The position numbers and the translations under genes are program-made. Under the pieces are notes generated by a model, which was given only the letters and a program-made list of their open reading frames with translations, had not been told where the DNA came from and searched no databases. A stretch of 64,000 bases of DNA from a virus (Duplodnaviria; Caudoviricetes), in the IMG/VR virus record IMGVR_UViG_3300003937_000325, one strand, 5' to 3'. Positions within the stretch are counted from its first letter, which is position 1; each line of letters starts with the position of its first letter. Shown piece by piece: positions 21,108 through 32,000 of this stretch.

Positions 21108-21135
21108 AATATAACAAAGAAAGTCATTAAGTCAA
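21108..21135 (-). promoter_or_regulatory. sigma70-like promoter for the SSB-RecA-exonuclease-helicase-RNR operon
   Basis: TTGACT-16 nt-TATATT immediately downstream of the upstream terminator. Confidence 0.65.
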
Positions 21136-21137
21136 AT

Positions 21138-21161
21138 AAAAAAAGACCATCGAAATGGTCT
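21138..21161 (-). terminator. Intrinsic terminator
   Basis: Minus strand: AGACCAT-TTCG-ATGGTCT followed by a T run. Confidence 0.85.
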
Positions 21162-21194
21162 TTTAGTGTTTTTATAAAAATTATATAAGGGGTG

Positions 21195-21812
21195 TTAATA
21201 TTCGTTTTCTAATGGTGCGTCAAATGAGTCTTTAATATCTCTATCAGTATAATTTTCAACTTCATCAGATGTTAAAACATACTCATTTTTACCCGTTTTT
21301 TCCATATCAGGACCTTTGTCCATAAAGAAATCAGTTAACTTTTGATTGTATGGATAACTATCTAAACTTCTTAATTGTAATTTTTCTTCGGGAGATTTTT
21401 GACGATACTTATCTACCTTATCTTCTAAATTATTAATTTTAACTAATATTTTGTCCATATCAGATAATTTAGAAGTTAGGTCATTTAACCTATCCATCAT
21501 ACTATCCATATATTCTTCTTGTTTGGTGGACATATCTTTTTGAGTAGTTACTAAGTCAGTAATATCTAACTCTTCAGTTCCACTTTCTTCATCACTTAAT
21601 TCAGATGTTGGCTCACCCACAACTTCTACTTCAGGGTCAGATTCAACATCGACAGGTTGTACATCATCAATATCAAGTTCAGAACCATCTAACTCAATAT
21701 CTTCACCACCACCTTCGATTGGTTCAGGTAAATCAGTTTCTTGCTCACTAATATATTTGTTAATATTATTATATTTAGTTATCTCTTCTAATATTTTCTT
21801 ATCTACAGACAT
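21195..21812 (-). CDS. Acidic coiled-coil protein (205 aa), possible head scaffold or internal protein
   Basis: Basic/amphipathic N-terminus ending in ISE, a very acidic middle and a coiled-coil segment. Confidence 0.7.
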   Translation of the reverse strand: MSVDKKILEEITKYNNINKYISEQETDLPEPIEGGGEDIELDGSELDIDDVQPVDVESDPEVEVVGEPTSELSDEESGTEELDITDLVTTQKDMSTKQEEYMDSMMDRLNDLTSKLSDMDKILVKINNLEDKVDKYRQKSPEEKLQLRSLDSYPYNQKLTDFFMDKGPDMEKTGKNEYVLTSDEVENYTDRDIKDSFDAPLENEY

Positions 21813-21825
21813 TTTGTATTTTTTT

Positions 21826-22050
21826 TTAACCGTTCAAGAGTGTTTTTACCCCGTGAGGTGTTTCAACTCTTAAAGTCCTATTTAGTTTCATAGAATTATC
21901 AACTCTTTCTATAAGGCCATCTCTCATTCTTACGGTATAACAATCTCCAGTATCTAAATCACAAACTTCTTTGTAACCATTACCCGTATTTTTTTCAGTT
22001 ATTCTAGTGTCTTTTGACAAAAACTGGTCTAATAATGCTTTAGTATCCAT
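21826..22050 (-). CDS. Hypothetical protein (74 aa)
   Basis: ORF preceded by the TATTTAT motif at 22063..22069. Confidence 0.75.
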   Translation of the reverse strand: MDTKALLDQFLSKDTRITEKNTGNGYKEVCDLDTGDCYTVRMRDGLIERVDNSMKLNRTLRVETPHGVKTLLNG

Positions 22051-22094
22051 AATCTTTTATTTATAAATATACGATAAATGCCCTTTTTCTTAAA

Positions 22095-25000
22095 TTAGTT
22101 TCTATTCCAAGCGTTTATTTTAGATTTAAAAACCGCCTCAGCTTTATCAAAAAGTTGTTTTGATACGCTATTCGCATTTAAATCATGATTAACTGACGCA
22201 ATAATCGAATCATCGATATTACTACCCGCAGTCAATTCTTTATCCATAGTAGTAAATCTAAAGGTATAATACCATAAGTATGCAAATGTTTTAGGTAAAT
22301 TACCATTTATTGTTGTATTAACTAAAAATGCGTCAATTATTTGTTCATACTGTGAACATACTTGACCCATAAATTTAATTGAATCGGCTGGCGATTTAAA
22401 TGATAAGTATGGTACCGCATAATTATTATCATTTACACAGGTTTGTTCTTCAAAGTTAATTGTCCATCTAGCATTTTCTTTAAGGTTTTTTAAATTGAAG
22501 TGATTATTATTTATACTTACCACATTAGTATCTTTACCATTTTCAACATAACCAACCCCAAAAATAAATCGTTTTACATTCTCATTTAGATTACTACTTC
22601 CATCAATTAAAGTTTTAAATTTAGTCTGAGTAATACTTTTTCGTGTAATATCAACATAAGGTTTATTAATTTTTTGTACCGCAACACATTTTTGATTGTC
22701 AGCAATTTGTGTTTTTGCCCCACTCTTGGTTGAACTATTTTTTATATCTGTTGACCTAGTAACTGTGTCTGCAGTAGAACCCGCAAGTGTGGGTATTCTT
22801 CTAACTTCTGATAAATAGTTTTGTACAATTTCTCGGTTAACACTAGATATTAATCCATTAGGCATTTTTAGTGAGTATTTTGACATACGTACCCCCTCGA
22901 AACTCGTTTGAAAATCTCTAGTAGTGATATCATGAGTTACACTTGTTATTAAATAAGGACCATAAAACATTGGGACATACCTTAAATTAAAATACATTGT
23001 AGGTTGAATCATAACGTTACCCATAGACGTAACACTACAATTATAACTAGCCGCTTTATAAAAATTATATAAGCTAACCGATTGTTGAGCCACTTTTTGC
23101 CCATCGGCCTGAGCGCCCATATCCGCGAGTACTTGAAACGTTGGTGCTATATTTTTTCTTTGAGACATATCAATATTTATTGATTTAAATATACTTTGAT
23201 TTTGTATCCCAAAGTCCACGTTAAACGCAACAACTTTATTTCTATCTGAGAAATTAGTGACACCATCTTCGGTTGCTCTAACCCCACTTTGTGATGGTAT
23301 TGATATATCAAAAGAGTCGTCCCCGTATAAGTAATTATCGTTTTCAGGTGACGTGTTTAATTTTTCGGCGGGTTTACCAACATATATCGCCAATAATTTA
23401 GGTTCAGAGGTATGGGTATCTACTTCTAAAAATGTTCCAAAAGTATTATTAGCAACATCACTAAACGCGGGGTTAGGCATACCTTCTTTTACTCTTTCGT
23501 TTCTACCATAAAAATTTGCGTAAGATGGTGTGGGCATAAATATAAAATTATTTTTTTCTAAAATACTACCTATTAAGTCCAACACACTAGTTTGAGCTAA
23601 ATTACTTTTTAAAAACCCTCTTAATTGATTAATATTAATGATTACCTTATCACCAATAGGTCTATTCGCCTTATCCAAAAATAGAAATTGCTCAAACAAT
23701 GTTTTATTCTTAACATCTTGACCTGATATCCACCTATCATTAAAGTTTTTAAATGTTTCCCATAATTCAGTTTTTAAAGCACCTCCCTTATCGTCTAATT
23801 TAGAAATTCTTGATTGAGTATTGTTTACTTTAACTGACGGTAACGTTTTATTTAAATTAGTAAAAATTTGGTTTAACATGTCATTTTGAAATGTTACCTG
23901 GCCTGACATAAAATCATCAAATGTTTGTTGGAAATCACTCTTAGTTAAATTATTGTCATTCATTTTTTGTGTTGCAAAAACTTTAATAATTTGTGACAAA
24001 TCTCTAACATTTTCTTTAGTAAACTGAATATCCATAACAGGAAAAAAATCAGTAATAAAGGAACCATTATCACTATACATTAAGTCAAAGTCTTCATACA
24101 TGCCAACACGTAAATATAATTCGTCCCATACTTCAGGGAATGTTCCTTGGCTCGCAGCCAATGTAGTTGAGTTTGTCGCAGTTGGAACACTATTCTCTCT
24201 ATAATAACTAAAGTCAATTGGGTCTATTGGAACAATATTTTCAATGGATGAGAATGAATCAAACACTCGTCTATTAAATCTCCCTGGGTTACCTATTTTT
24301 AATATAATATCCCTTTCCTGTATTTGAGTTTTATTTAAATTGACAAATTGTTCCATTTGATTATCAGAAATACTCTTAACATCATTTATTGAATTATCTG
24401 TTAATTCAGGTTTATCAATAATGAGTAAACTTTTCATTACTTTTTCAATATTATAATTGTACTCAATATTAAATGCCCCTAAGTACTCGTCATCGTTAGG
24501 TGTGGATGGATTAAATACTATATCTTCATAGTCCTTATCTTTTTTACAAAAGTTTAAAAAGTGTTTTTCAAATTCATCTAACATCTCTTTAGAGAAAATT
24601 GCAAAAATTTCCTCAATAGATTTATATGGGTTATCATTATCTTTATTAATAATATTAAACGCATTTTGTTGAGTATCTCCCGTATCAATAACTTTAATAT
24701 ATTGATTTGTCTTGGGTTTTCTTACCCATTCATTATTATAATACCCGTAATTAGATGACGCCCACAATGACCTAACATTACCATTTTGAATCGATTTATT
24801 ATTAATATCTATACTTTGGGTTAAGTGATTTTGTGAGTTTAGACACTCTCTTTGGGCTTGTGTAAATTTTAAATAACCTGAAGATGGTATTATTAACATC
24901 TTTGGTGAAGTAGTATTTTCACCTGAAACTGTAAAATTAAAATCAAAACTAACGTTACCCTCAATATCAAAGTACTGATAGTAACTATCATAACTTAAAG

Positions 25001-28000
25001 TATTAAGTACGTTATCTTGGTCATATCCCGCAGGTAAAAAATTACTTTGTGATTTACCTAATTTGAATTTACCATTATTAAATAAGTCATTCATTTCAGT
25101 GTTGGTGTACCCCGTTAAAGGTGATTTACCAGTAAAGAATTTGTAAGTGTCATTTACCACTTTAGGATAAAATCCATTTTTAGTAATTTGTTTGTTAAAA
25201 TTAACAAGTGTACCTGGAAGTGTTGGATTTATTATATTAGGTATTAGTACAGGAACTATTTCGGTCTTTTGAGGCACATAAGTCGTACTTCCTCCCGTAT
25301 AGTTTTGTACATCATAAACTTTATTTATATCGTTAGTAATTGGGTCATACGCGTTAACATAATCAAAATCTTTCCATATCCCATCAAGAATATCTCCATT
25401 ACCTACTTTATCTTCTTTGTATCTATGCCATATTGAACCGTACTTTAATAACCAAAGGTAAGGTATTTTATGGAGAGCTGCAAACTTACTTAAACCAGCA
25501 TAAATGTTATCTCCCCATTTTACAGTATCAACACCAGCATCGCTAGTGTTTTTTGTTAAATATTTCTCACTTAATGTTGGTAGTGGCAGTGAATTCAAAT
25601 ATATATAACCTAAACCAACATATGGATTTACCTCTTGATTTGTTTCACCCGATACCCCCTTCAATATTGCATTAGTAAAATAAGGAGTATTCAATAGAGA
25701 CGTTGTCTGTATTGTTGTTAAATTGTTTGTTGCAGTATTATAATCAGTCCCATAATCTATTGGGCTTTCCGTTAAATAAAAATCTTTATTTTCTCTATTT
25801 AAATAGTAATCCTTAACCTGAGCATTTGTTTGATACTGCGTACTATCACTATTATTACTAGTATTTTGATTTGGATTTGACGGGTAGTTTTTATCATATT
25901 GGTAATAAGTGATAAAATTATTTTTATATCTTACATCATCAGATGATTGGTCATCAAACGTCGCTATACTCTTTTTAAGAATATTAAAATTCATAACACC
26001 AGTAGTACTATTAGTTCTTTCAATATTTGATATATCTTTACCGTTAGAAATATTTTCTTTTAACCATTTAAGATTATTAAATGGATACACATCCATTAAC
26101 GTAGTAGCGTTTGATGACGTTCCCGTAATATAAGTTTCTAAATCTTTTACTGACTCTGTTGATGATATAACCTCAACCGAATTTGTATTCATACTTTCTT
26201 GACTGTAGATACCAAAATCGTGTTCAATATAACCTTTTATATAATTTTGAGTATATATGTCTCTCACCTTTCTGGCAAAATAACTACCTTCACCATTATT
26301 GGAAATTGATAAAAGGTATCGATTAAAAGTTGACGCATTAAATTTAAATTCCTTTAATATTTTCATTAATTCAGGAATGTTATCTACACCATCTTTTATG
26401 TTAGATGATTCAAAATCCGCCAATACGTTATATAACGTTTTTCTAAAATTATTATTTCTAACTACTTTACTATAGTTAGCTCCTAAGTAGGTTCTTTCAA
26501 ATATTTCATAGAAAAATGAAACATATTCTTCATTGGTATATGGCGAATTATCGAACGGGAACTCCACTGAATTTATTCCAATATAGTTAGTGACTTGGGT
26601 TTCATTACCATAATTTATATTAATATTAGGTTTGTCTTTTTCTAAAGACGCAGTAATATATTCCTCAGTAAATTGTATTTCAGGCCAAACATTATGGTTC
26701 CATCCCTGTAACGTAGTAACCACTGCGGGGTCACCCGGATAAGTTAGAGTATATTCAGTTTTGTTATCAACCGTCTCTTCAATAAAATATTGTGGCCACG
26801 GATAAACTATTTGACTATTTTGTAAAGTAGGTGATTTACCATCAACTTTCACAGTCTTTAATGAAGCTTTAGACGCATCAACACCAAAAGATTTTTCAGA
26901 TGGCATAATTGCGGTTAACCTTACCGGATTGTCTCTAACATCCCACGCCCTTCTATGAGTCTCATCCATTAATCTATAAAATGCCTCGGCGTTTGCACAT
27001 ATAACCGCTAATACATTATTCATAGTTGGATTAAATCCTAATCCCACATCTGAACTTACAATTTTTTTAGCTAATGCCTCAGATAATTTTGTTTCAATCT
27101 CTTCCTTTAATCTTTTAAATGTAGTCTCAATTTTAGCTAATTTAGCCAGAAAACTACCATTTTGAAAGTTAGCACTTTTAAAAACTCCACCAAAAGCGAT
27201 AAGTACTGAAGGGCTATCAGTTTCCTGTAATTCACCATCCTTTCCAACTTTATAACTTTTGGACGAAACTTTAAACGCCCCTTTAATGTCCCCTTCAAAC
27301 GTTTTTAATTGGTCTTCTGTTGGTTCATTACCATTACGTTTAATGTATGTTGCTTTATAATCTATTACCTCTGGGTCCGTAATATCTTCTATTAAGTCAC
27401 TAGCTTTAATGTTAACCGCAATTTTTGAAGGATTTGATTTACCTTCTATCTCATAAGTACCAGGAAGAAAAAACGTTGGGTTATCTTGTAATGATTTATT
27501 ACCTTCGTCAATCGCAATTTTTAATTTTGATATTGCGGTTCTACGTCCTTGTTCATCAAGGTCAGGATTTAATCCGTACAACACGGTAGCTTTAGTATCT
27601 TTTAAAATATAGATTTGATTCCTGTCAATATACTGATTATACCAATTTTTACCAACATCAGGATAAAGACTTCTTCTATATTTCGTAATGGCTCTCTCAT
27701 AATTAACAATATTAGTTAAAACTGACATATCTTCTTTAGAATACGCCTCCATAACATAACGATTAAAGTACTCTAACCTCATTCTCATTTGATTAAGAGT
27801 AATTTCAGGAAAATCTTCATCAACTAAACCTTTAGCCTTATATAAAGAATACACTTCTTTTATTTTTTCCATTCCTTTAGTGGTATCAATCTTATCAATT
27901 GCAACTGTTCCTCCCGCAGGTACCCCCTTGACGTTTTCAAGTTCATAACTTTTTGGGTACATATGTGGTGTAGTGTATAGATAATCTAATAACGTATCTT

Positions 28001-28712
28001 TTAGAAAGGCGTGTGACCTAGCAACATATGAGGTCGTTATTTTGTAACTACCGTCTGAAGGTTCAAATCTGGCGTTAAAATCTTTTAACATTAACTCTAA
28101 CTTAATCGCTTTACCATAATGACCTTTTACCGTTAAAATAAAAATTGGGTATGGTAAATTCATGAATATCGAATACGGCGACTTATCACCCCTTTCAAAT
28201 AAAACTCTTCCCTGTACATCGGTCATTTCAATAGTAACCGTAGGGACAAATGCAGGATTCATTTTTATGTTAATTCTGGTAATACCTAATAATTGTGTAT
28301 CAACACCTCTTCCCGAACTAAAAATGTCATTTTCCATTTTATTATTTTGTCCAGGTAAAAATTGGTCAGTCCATGTAGAATCAAAATATTTTGGGTCTTC
28401 AGAGTCTTTACCCCCTAAGTTAACGTTGGGTTCTTTTTGATTTTGTGGATTACCCTCCATAAAGTTAACCTTTAATTGAGCTACCCCCACATTTTTAACA
28501 CTATCCGAGTAATTAGACCCAATGGCTAATTTTGTTCTTGGTATTACTCTTGCTTCTAAGTTTGCGTAGGTTATTAAATTTTCTTGTTTGATATTGCGTT
28601 CTTGAACAGTGCCGTCAGAGTTGACAACTTTGTTGGGGTCAATTAGTACAACATTATCATATTCGGTTTGTACATAGACCTTATCGTTACCAAAAAATTT
28701 ATTATCTGCCAT
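22095..28712 (-). CDS. Giant baseplate hub-like protein (2205 aa) with a C-terminal glucosaminidase/lysozyme-like domain
   Basis: N-terminal LGITRINIKM...VTIEMTDVQG and late MGNVMIQPTMYF...YLITSVTHDI...FQTSFEGVR resemble gp27/gpD hub ends. C-terminal YVENG...NNHFNLK...YLSFKSPADSIKF resembles the GH73 pattern. Confidence 0.65.
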   Translation of the reverse strand: MADNKFFGNDKVYVQTEYDNVVLIDPNKVVNSDGTVQERNIKQENLITYANLEARVIPRTKLAIGSNYSDSVKNVGVAQLKVNFMEGNPQNQKEPNVNLGGKDSEDPKYFDSTWTDQFLPGQNNKMENDIFSSGRGVDTQLLGITRINIKMNPAFVPTVTIEMTDVQGRVLFERGDKSPYSIFMNLPYPIFILTVKGHYGKAIKLELMLKDFNARFEPSDGSYKITTSYVARSHAFLKDTLLDYLYTTPHMYPKSYELENVKGVPAGGTVAIDKIDTTKGMEKIKEVYSLYKAKGLVDEDFPEITLNQMRMRLEYFNRYVMEAYSKEDMSVLTNIVNYERAITKYRRSLYPDVGKNWYNQYIDRNQIYILKDTKATVLYGLNPDLDEQGRRTAISKLKIAIDEGNKSLQDNPTFFLPGTYEIEGKSNPSKIAVNIKASDLIEDITDPEVIDYKATYIKRNGNEPTEDQLKTFEGDIKGAFKVSSKSYKVGKDGELQETDSPSVLIAFGGVFKSANFQNGSFLAKLAKIETTFKRLKEEIETKLSEALAKKIVSSDVGLGFNPTMNNVLAVICANAEAFYRLMDETHRRAWDVRDNPVRLTAIMPSEKSFGVDASKASLKTVKVDGKSPTLQNSQIVYPWPQYFIEETVDNKTEYTLTYPGDPAVVTTLQGWNHNVWPEIQFTEEYITASLEKDKPNININYGNETQVTNYIGINSVEFPFDNSPYTNEEYVSFFYEIFERTYLGANYSKVVRNNNFRKTLYNVLADFESSNIKDGVDNIPELMKILKEFKFNASTFNRYLLSISNNGEGSYFARKVRDIYTQNYIKGYIEHDFGIYSQESMNTNSVEVISSTESVKDLETYITGTSSNATTLMDVYPFNNLKWLKENISNGKDISNIERTNSTTGVMNFNILKKSIATFDDQSSDDVRYKNNFITYYQYDKNYPSNPNQNTSNNSDSTQYQTNAQVKDYYLNRENKDFYLTESPIDYGTDYNTATNNLTTIQTTSLLNTPYFTNAILKGVSGETNQEVNPYVGLGYIYLNSLPLPTLSEKYLTKNTSDAGVDTVKWGDNIYAGLSKFAALHKIPYLWLLKYGSIWHRYKEDKVGNGDILDGIWKDFDYVNAYDPITNDINKVYDVQNYTGGSTTYVPQKTEIVPVLIPNIINPTLPGTLVNFNKQITKNGFYPKVVNDTYKFFTGKSPLTGYTNTEMNDLFNNGKFKLGKSQSNFLPAGYDQDNVLNTLSYDSYYQYFDIEGNVSFDFNFTVSGENTTSPKMLIIPSSGYLKFTQAQRECLNSQNHLTQSIDINNKSIQNGNVRSLWASSNYGYYNNEWVRKPKTNQYIKVIDTGDTQQNAFNIINKDNDNPYKSIEEIFAIFSKEMLDEFEKHFLNFCKKDKDYEDIVFNPSTPNDDEYLGAFNIEYNYNIEKVMKSLLIIDKPELTDNSINDVKSISDNQMEQFVNLNKTQIQERDIILKIGNPGRFNRRVFDSFSSIENIVPIDPIDFSYYRENSVPTATNSTTLAASQGTFPEVWDELYLRVGMYEDFDLMYSDNGSFITDFFPVMDIQFTKENVRDLSQIIKVFATQKMNDNNLTKSDFQQTFDDFMSGQVTFQNDMLNQIFTNLNKTLPSVKVNNTQSRISKLDDKGGALKTELWETFKNFNDRWISGQDVKNKTLFEQFLFLDKANRPIGDKVIININQLRGFLKSNLAQTSVLDLIGSILEKNNFIFMPTPSYANFYGRNERVKEGMPNPAFSDVANNTFGTFLEVDTHTSEPKLLAIYVGKPAEKLNTSPENDNYLYGDDSFDISIPSQSGVRATEDGVTNFSDRNKVVAFNVDFGIQNQSIFKSINIDMSQRKNIAPTFQVLADMGAQADGQKVAQQSVSLYNFYKAASYNCSVTSMGNVMIQPTMYFNLRYVPMFYGPYLITSVTHDITTRDFQTSFEGVRMSKYSLKMPNGLISSVNREIVQNYLSEVRRIPTLAGSTADTVTRSTDIKNSSTKSGAKTQIADNQKCVAVQKINKPYVDITRKSITQTKFKTLIDGSSNLNENVKRFIFGVGYVENGKDTNVVSINNNHFNLKNLKENARWTINFEEQTCVNDNNYAVPYLSFKSPADSIKFMGQVCSQYEQIIDAFLVNTTINGNLPKTFAYLWYYTFRFTTMDKELTAGSNIDDSIIASVNHDLNANSVSKQLFDKAEAVFKSKINAWNRN

Positions 28713-29019
28713 AGTAGAAGAAATGTTGTTCCACCGCCGCTTTGTAGTCCTGTAAAGAATTTGTTAGGGGAAATGGTATAAAAAGTAGAGCGTTATCAGG
28801 TATATTAGACTCCAAACCACCATACTGTGGATTCGCGGCTAATATTAACCAACCAAAATACGGTGATTCATAAAACTCATAACTTAGTTTATCTAACCTA
28901 CTACGACCAGTCCTAAAAATAAATCTTTTATCCGAAGGTTTTGAAGGTATTCTAACAAACGGAACCACTGATTGTTGTCCGTTAACTAAAAAGTCTGTAT
29001 ATCTGTTCCAATATCTCAT
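28702..29019 (-). CDS. LysM-like / gp53-like baseplate wedge protein (105 aa)
   Basis: RLDKLSYEFYESPYFGWLILAANP...IP matches the LysM/tail-X/gp53 pattern. Lies in the baseplate cluster. Confidence 0.8.
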   Translation of the reverse strand: MRYWNRYTDFLVNGQQSVVPFVRIPSKPSDKRFIFRTGRSRLDKLSYEFYESPYFGWLILAANPQYGGLESNIPDNALLFIPFPLTNSLQDYKAAVEQHFFYYGR

Positions 29020-29021
29020 AA

Positions 29022-32000
29022 TTAATTAAATGTTACTTTTCCGTTGTATGATTCTGCAGTACCTTTATTTAATCCAGAATACAGTTCGTTAAAGTACCCA
29101 TCTCTAACTGAATTTATGTTCTCTTTAGGTACGTTTATATAATAAAATATTCTTTCTTTTTCTTTAGTAAATGGTGAATAGTCGTTAAACTTCCTAACTG
29201 AACTACGTTTACTAAATCTGTCTAACTCTCTTTCAGTTTTTCTTTGTACTTTTTCATAGTTCCTTTGTAAGTCATCAACAAGATTATTAACGTATCTATC
29301 CCATTTATTGATGTTACCTAACCTATCATTCAATAGTTTTAATATAACCGTGTCTTTATCGTTTAATATTTTTTGATACATAGCATTCATAAAACGAGAG
29401 TAATATTGACCCTCATCTTGGTATTCAATCGAAAATGAGTAATCAGGTTTAAATGGTTTTTCGACTAATTTTTTATTATCGTCAAATATTTGGTCATAAA
29501 ACTCCTTTAAGTCAGTACTTAAAGTCACCATATCATTTTCCATTTCTTCGTATGTGTTATTTGCGTTTTTAGAAGTTTTATCAACACTATCGGTTGCCTC
29601 TAATTCTTGTTGTACATTTCTAGCCTTATCCGCAAACCCATCTGTATTAGTCATTACAAAACTTATTTTATCTATGGTTTCGATTAGACTTAATTGGTTA
29701 TTCACAACTTTTGGCATAACACTCATATAATCTGATATGTAATTTGGTTTAACTTCATTAATCAAAGTGATTATATTAAACTTATATAAATCTATATCGG
29801 CATTTGTAAAATTCTTATTATGTATCTTTTTAAGTAATGGTGAATTATCATTATTCACGTCATCAATTATTTCATCAAAAAGATTATTTATTTTATTTTG
29901 TAACTCGTCCTCTTTTGGTTTACCAAATAGTTTGGTATCTGTAGTTGTACCTGTAAATCCATCAGTATAATAACCTAACGTTTTACCGTCAGTATAATTT
30001 CTTTCGTCCGTAAAGTAAGCTAAACCATCTATTGAGTAAGTATTTGCTACTTGAGTCAGTGATTCGGTAATTGAGTTTGCATAATTTTTAACGTCCTCAA
30101 CCGCAGTTGCCATTATTGTTTTAAAAGAGGTTTGACCACTAGTCGTAGTCGCGGTAGTTGTAGGATAAGTGGTTAATTCGTCACTTTTAATAGTACCAAT
30201 TGTAACACCTTTATTTGGTATGTTATCATTAGTTGGTATATTATCTTTACCATCAAAGACTACATTACTTTCTATAGATTCCCATATCTCTTGATTTAAC
30301 TCGTCCCTTTGTTCTGTAACTACAGACCTTTCATCATAAACCTCTGTATTGGCATAATAATTAAATGAAAGTGCGTTTTGTAATCTATTTACGGGTTCTT
30401 TCAATCCTTGACCACCTATAAAGAAAAATGACATATTAATATCCGCTAACATTGGTTGAACACCTATTCCCTCAGGATTTAAATCAAAAGTTAATGGTTC
30501 ATAACTGATAGATATTTGATTAATGGCAATTTTAGTATGATAGAAATCACCAATTCTTAATATACATATTGGTGGCGCCCCAAATGATGTATTCTTCGCA
30601 TTAAACTCAGTTGGTCTACCATCATCACCTATTACGGGTATAGTATCACCAGGTCTAATACATTGTTGTAAAAAAGTAAGTCTTGAATTTAAACCTTCAG
30701 GTGTTATAGAGTGAAATGCTGGTTGGAAGTACTTTATTTTTTCCTTTATACCACTATAAACCATCGGCGAACTTTCCTTTACTAAATTAAAGTAATCACA
30801 CTCAGTCAATAATTTTCTAACTATTATCTTCGCTACCTCTTGTTTTTGTTTTGCGGTTGTTGTTGGGTCTTTATATTTAATTGGTTCCTCAGTAACAGTT
30901 TCCGTTACAGTATCTTTTGTGGGTACCGTCTTTTCTTCATCAGTTACCGGAACCTCTTCTTGAGATGGTGTTTCAACAACACTGTTAAAAAATACTCTTC
31001 TACAACCCATCGCCTGTGGTGAATATACCTTATCTGCTTCAGGTAATTCTTGTGTACAATCGACACCACCAATAGTCACCTGCTCTCCTGACGCAACCTC
31101 TTTAATTATAAATTTACCATCATCTTTCCACTGTTGTAACGTTTTTTGACTATTTGAAGGTTTTAATGGTAATAAATATTGTATAACACTATCGATTCTT
31201 CTTTTTGATAATGATTTATTATAGTTAACATCATTAGGTGACGATGCCGAACCTTGTAATAAGACTTCAACTGTAGAGCCGGCGTTTAACGCCTCTCCAA
31301 CTCCTTCAATAAATAATAAAGTACTATGTAACGGTCCCTTTTCAGGTCCTGTTAAAATATTTTTTTCATAGAACTCCTTAACCCCCACTTTATTTTCTGT
31401 ACTCGCGTATGTATTATAATCAGTCTGTTTAGCAATATAATTAGTTAATGTTGTTTGGTAAGACTCATCAGAGGTGGTTGATGTAGCGTTTGTTGGCCCA
31501 GGAACATCATTATCAAAATAATAAGCAAAACTGTAAGTATCCTCCTTTATTTTATCAACATACTCAACAACTGCGGGGTCCTCATCTCCAGGTACGCCAG
31601 GATTTATAAAATCAAAATGTTCCTTAACGTCTTCAGGTACGGGTGAGTTAACAATTATCTCGTAGATATCATTATAAGTAAATTGAGGATATCTTAAGGC
31701 TAATTCATATATGTCGTATTTTCTACAACCAGCAAAAAATGAATCCACAATACCTGTAACTTTATTGTTATTACTCTGATTCGCCAATTCTTTATCTACT
31801 ATAGCATTTAGTATTGATGGGTGGTCAACCACAATCTTCCAACTTAAATTACCATTTCTTGTTGTATTATTATATGTGTAAATTGGTTCAGGTCGACCTA
31901 AGAACTCATTTGTATTCCAATTCGCTGAGTTTGTTTCACTTACTTTCATATCGTAAGGTGGAAACCACATTATCCTACCACCATTAGGTCCTCTCTCACA

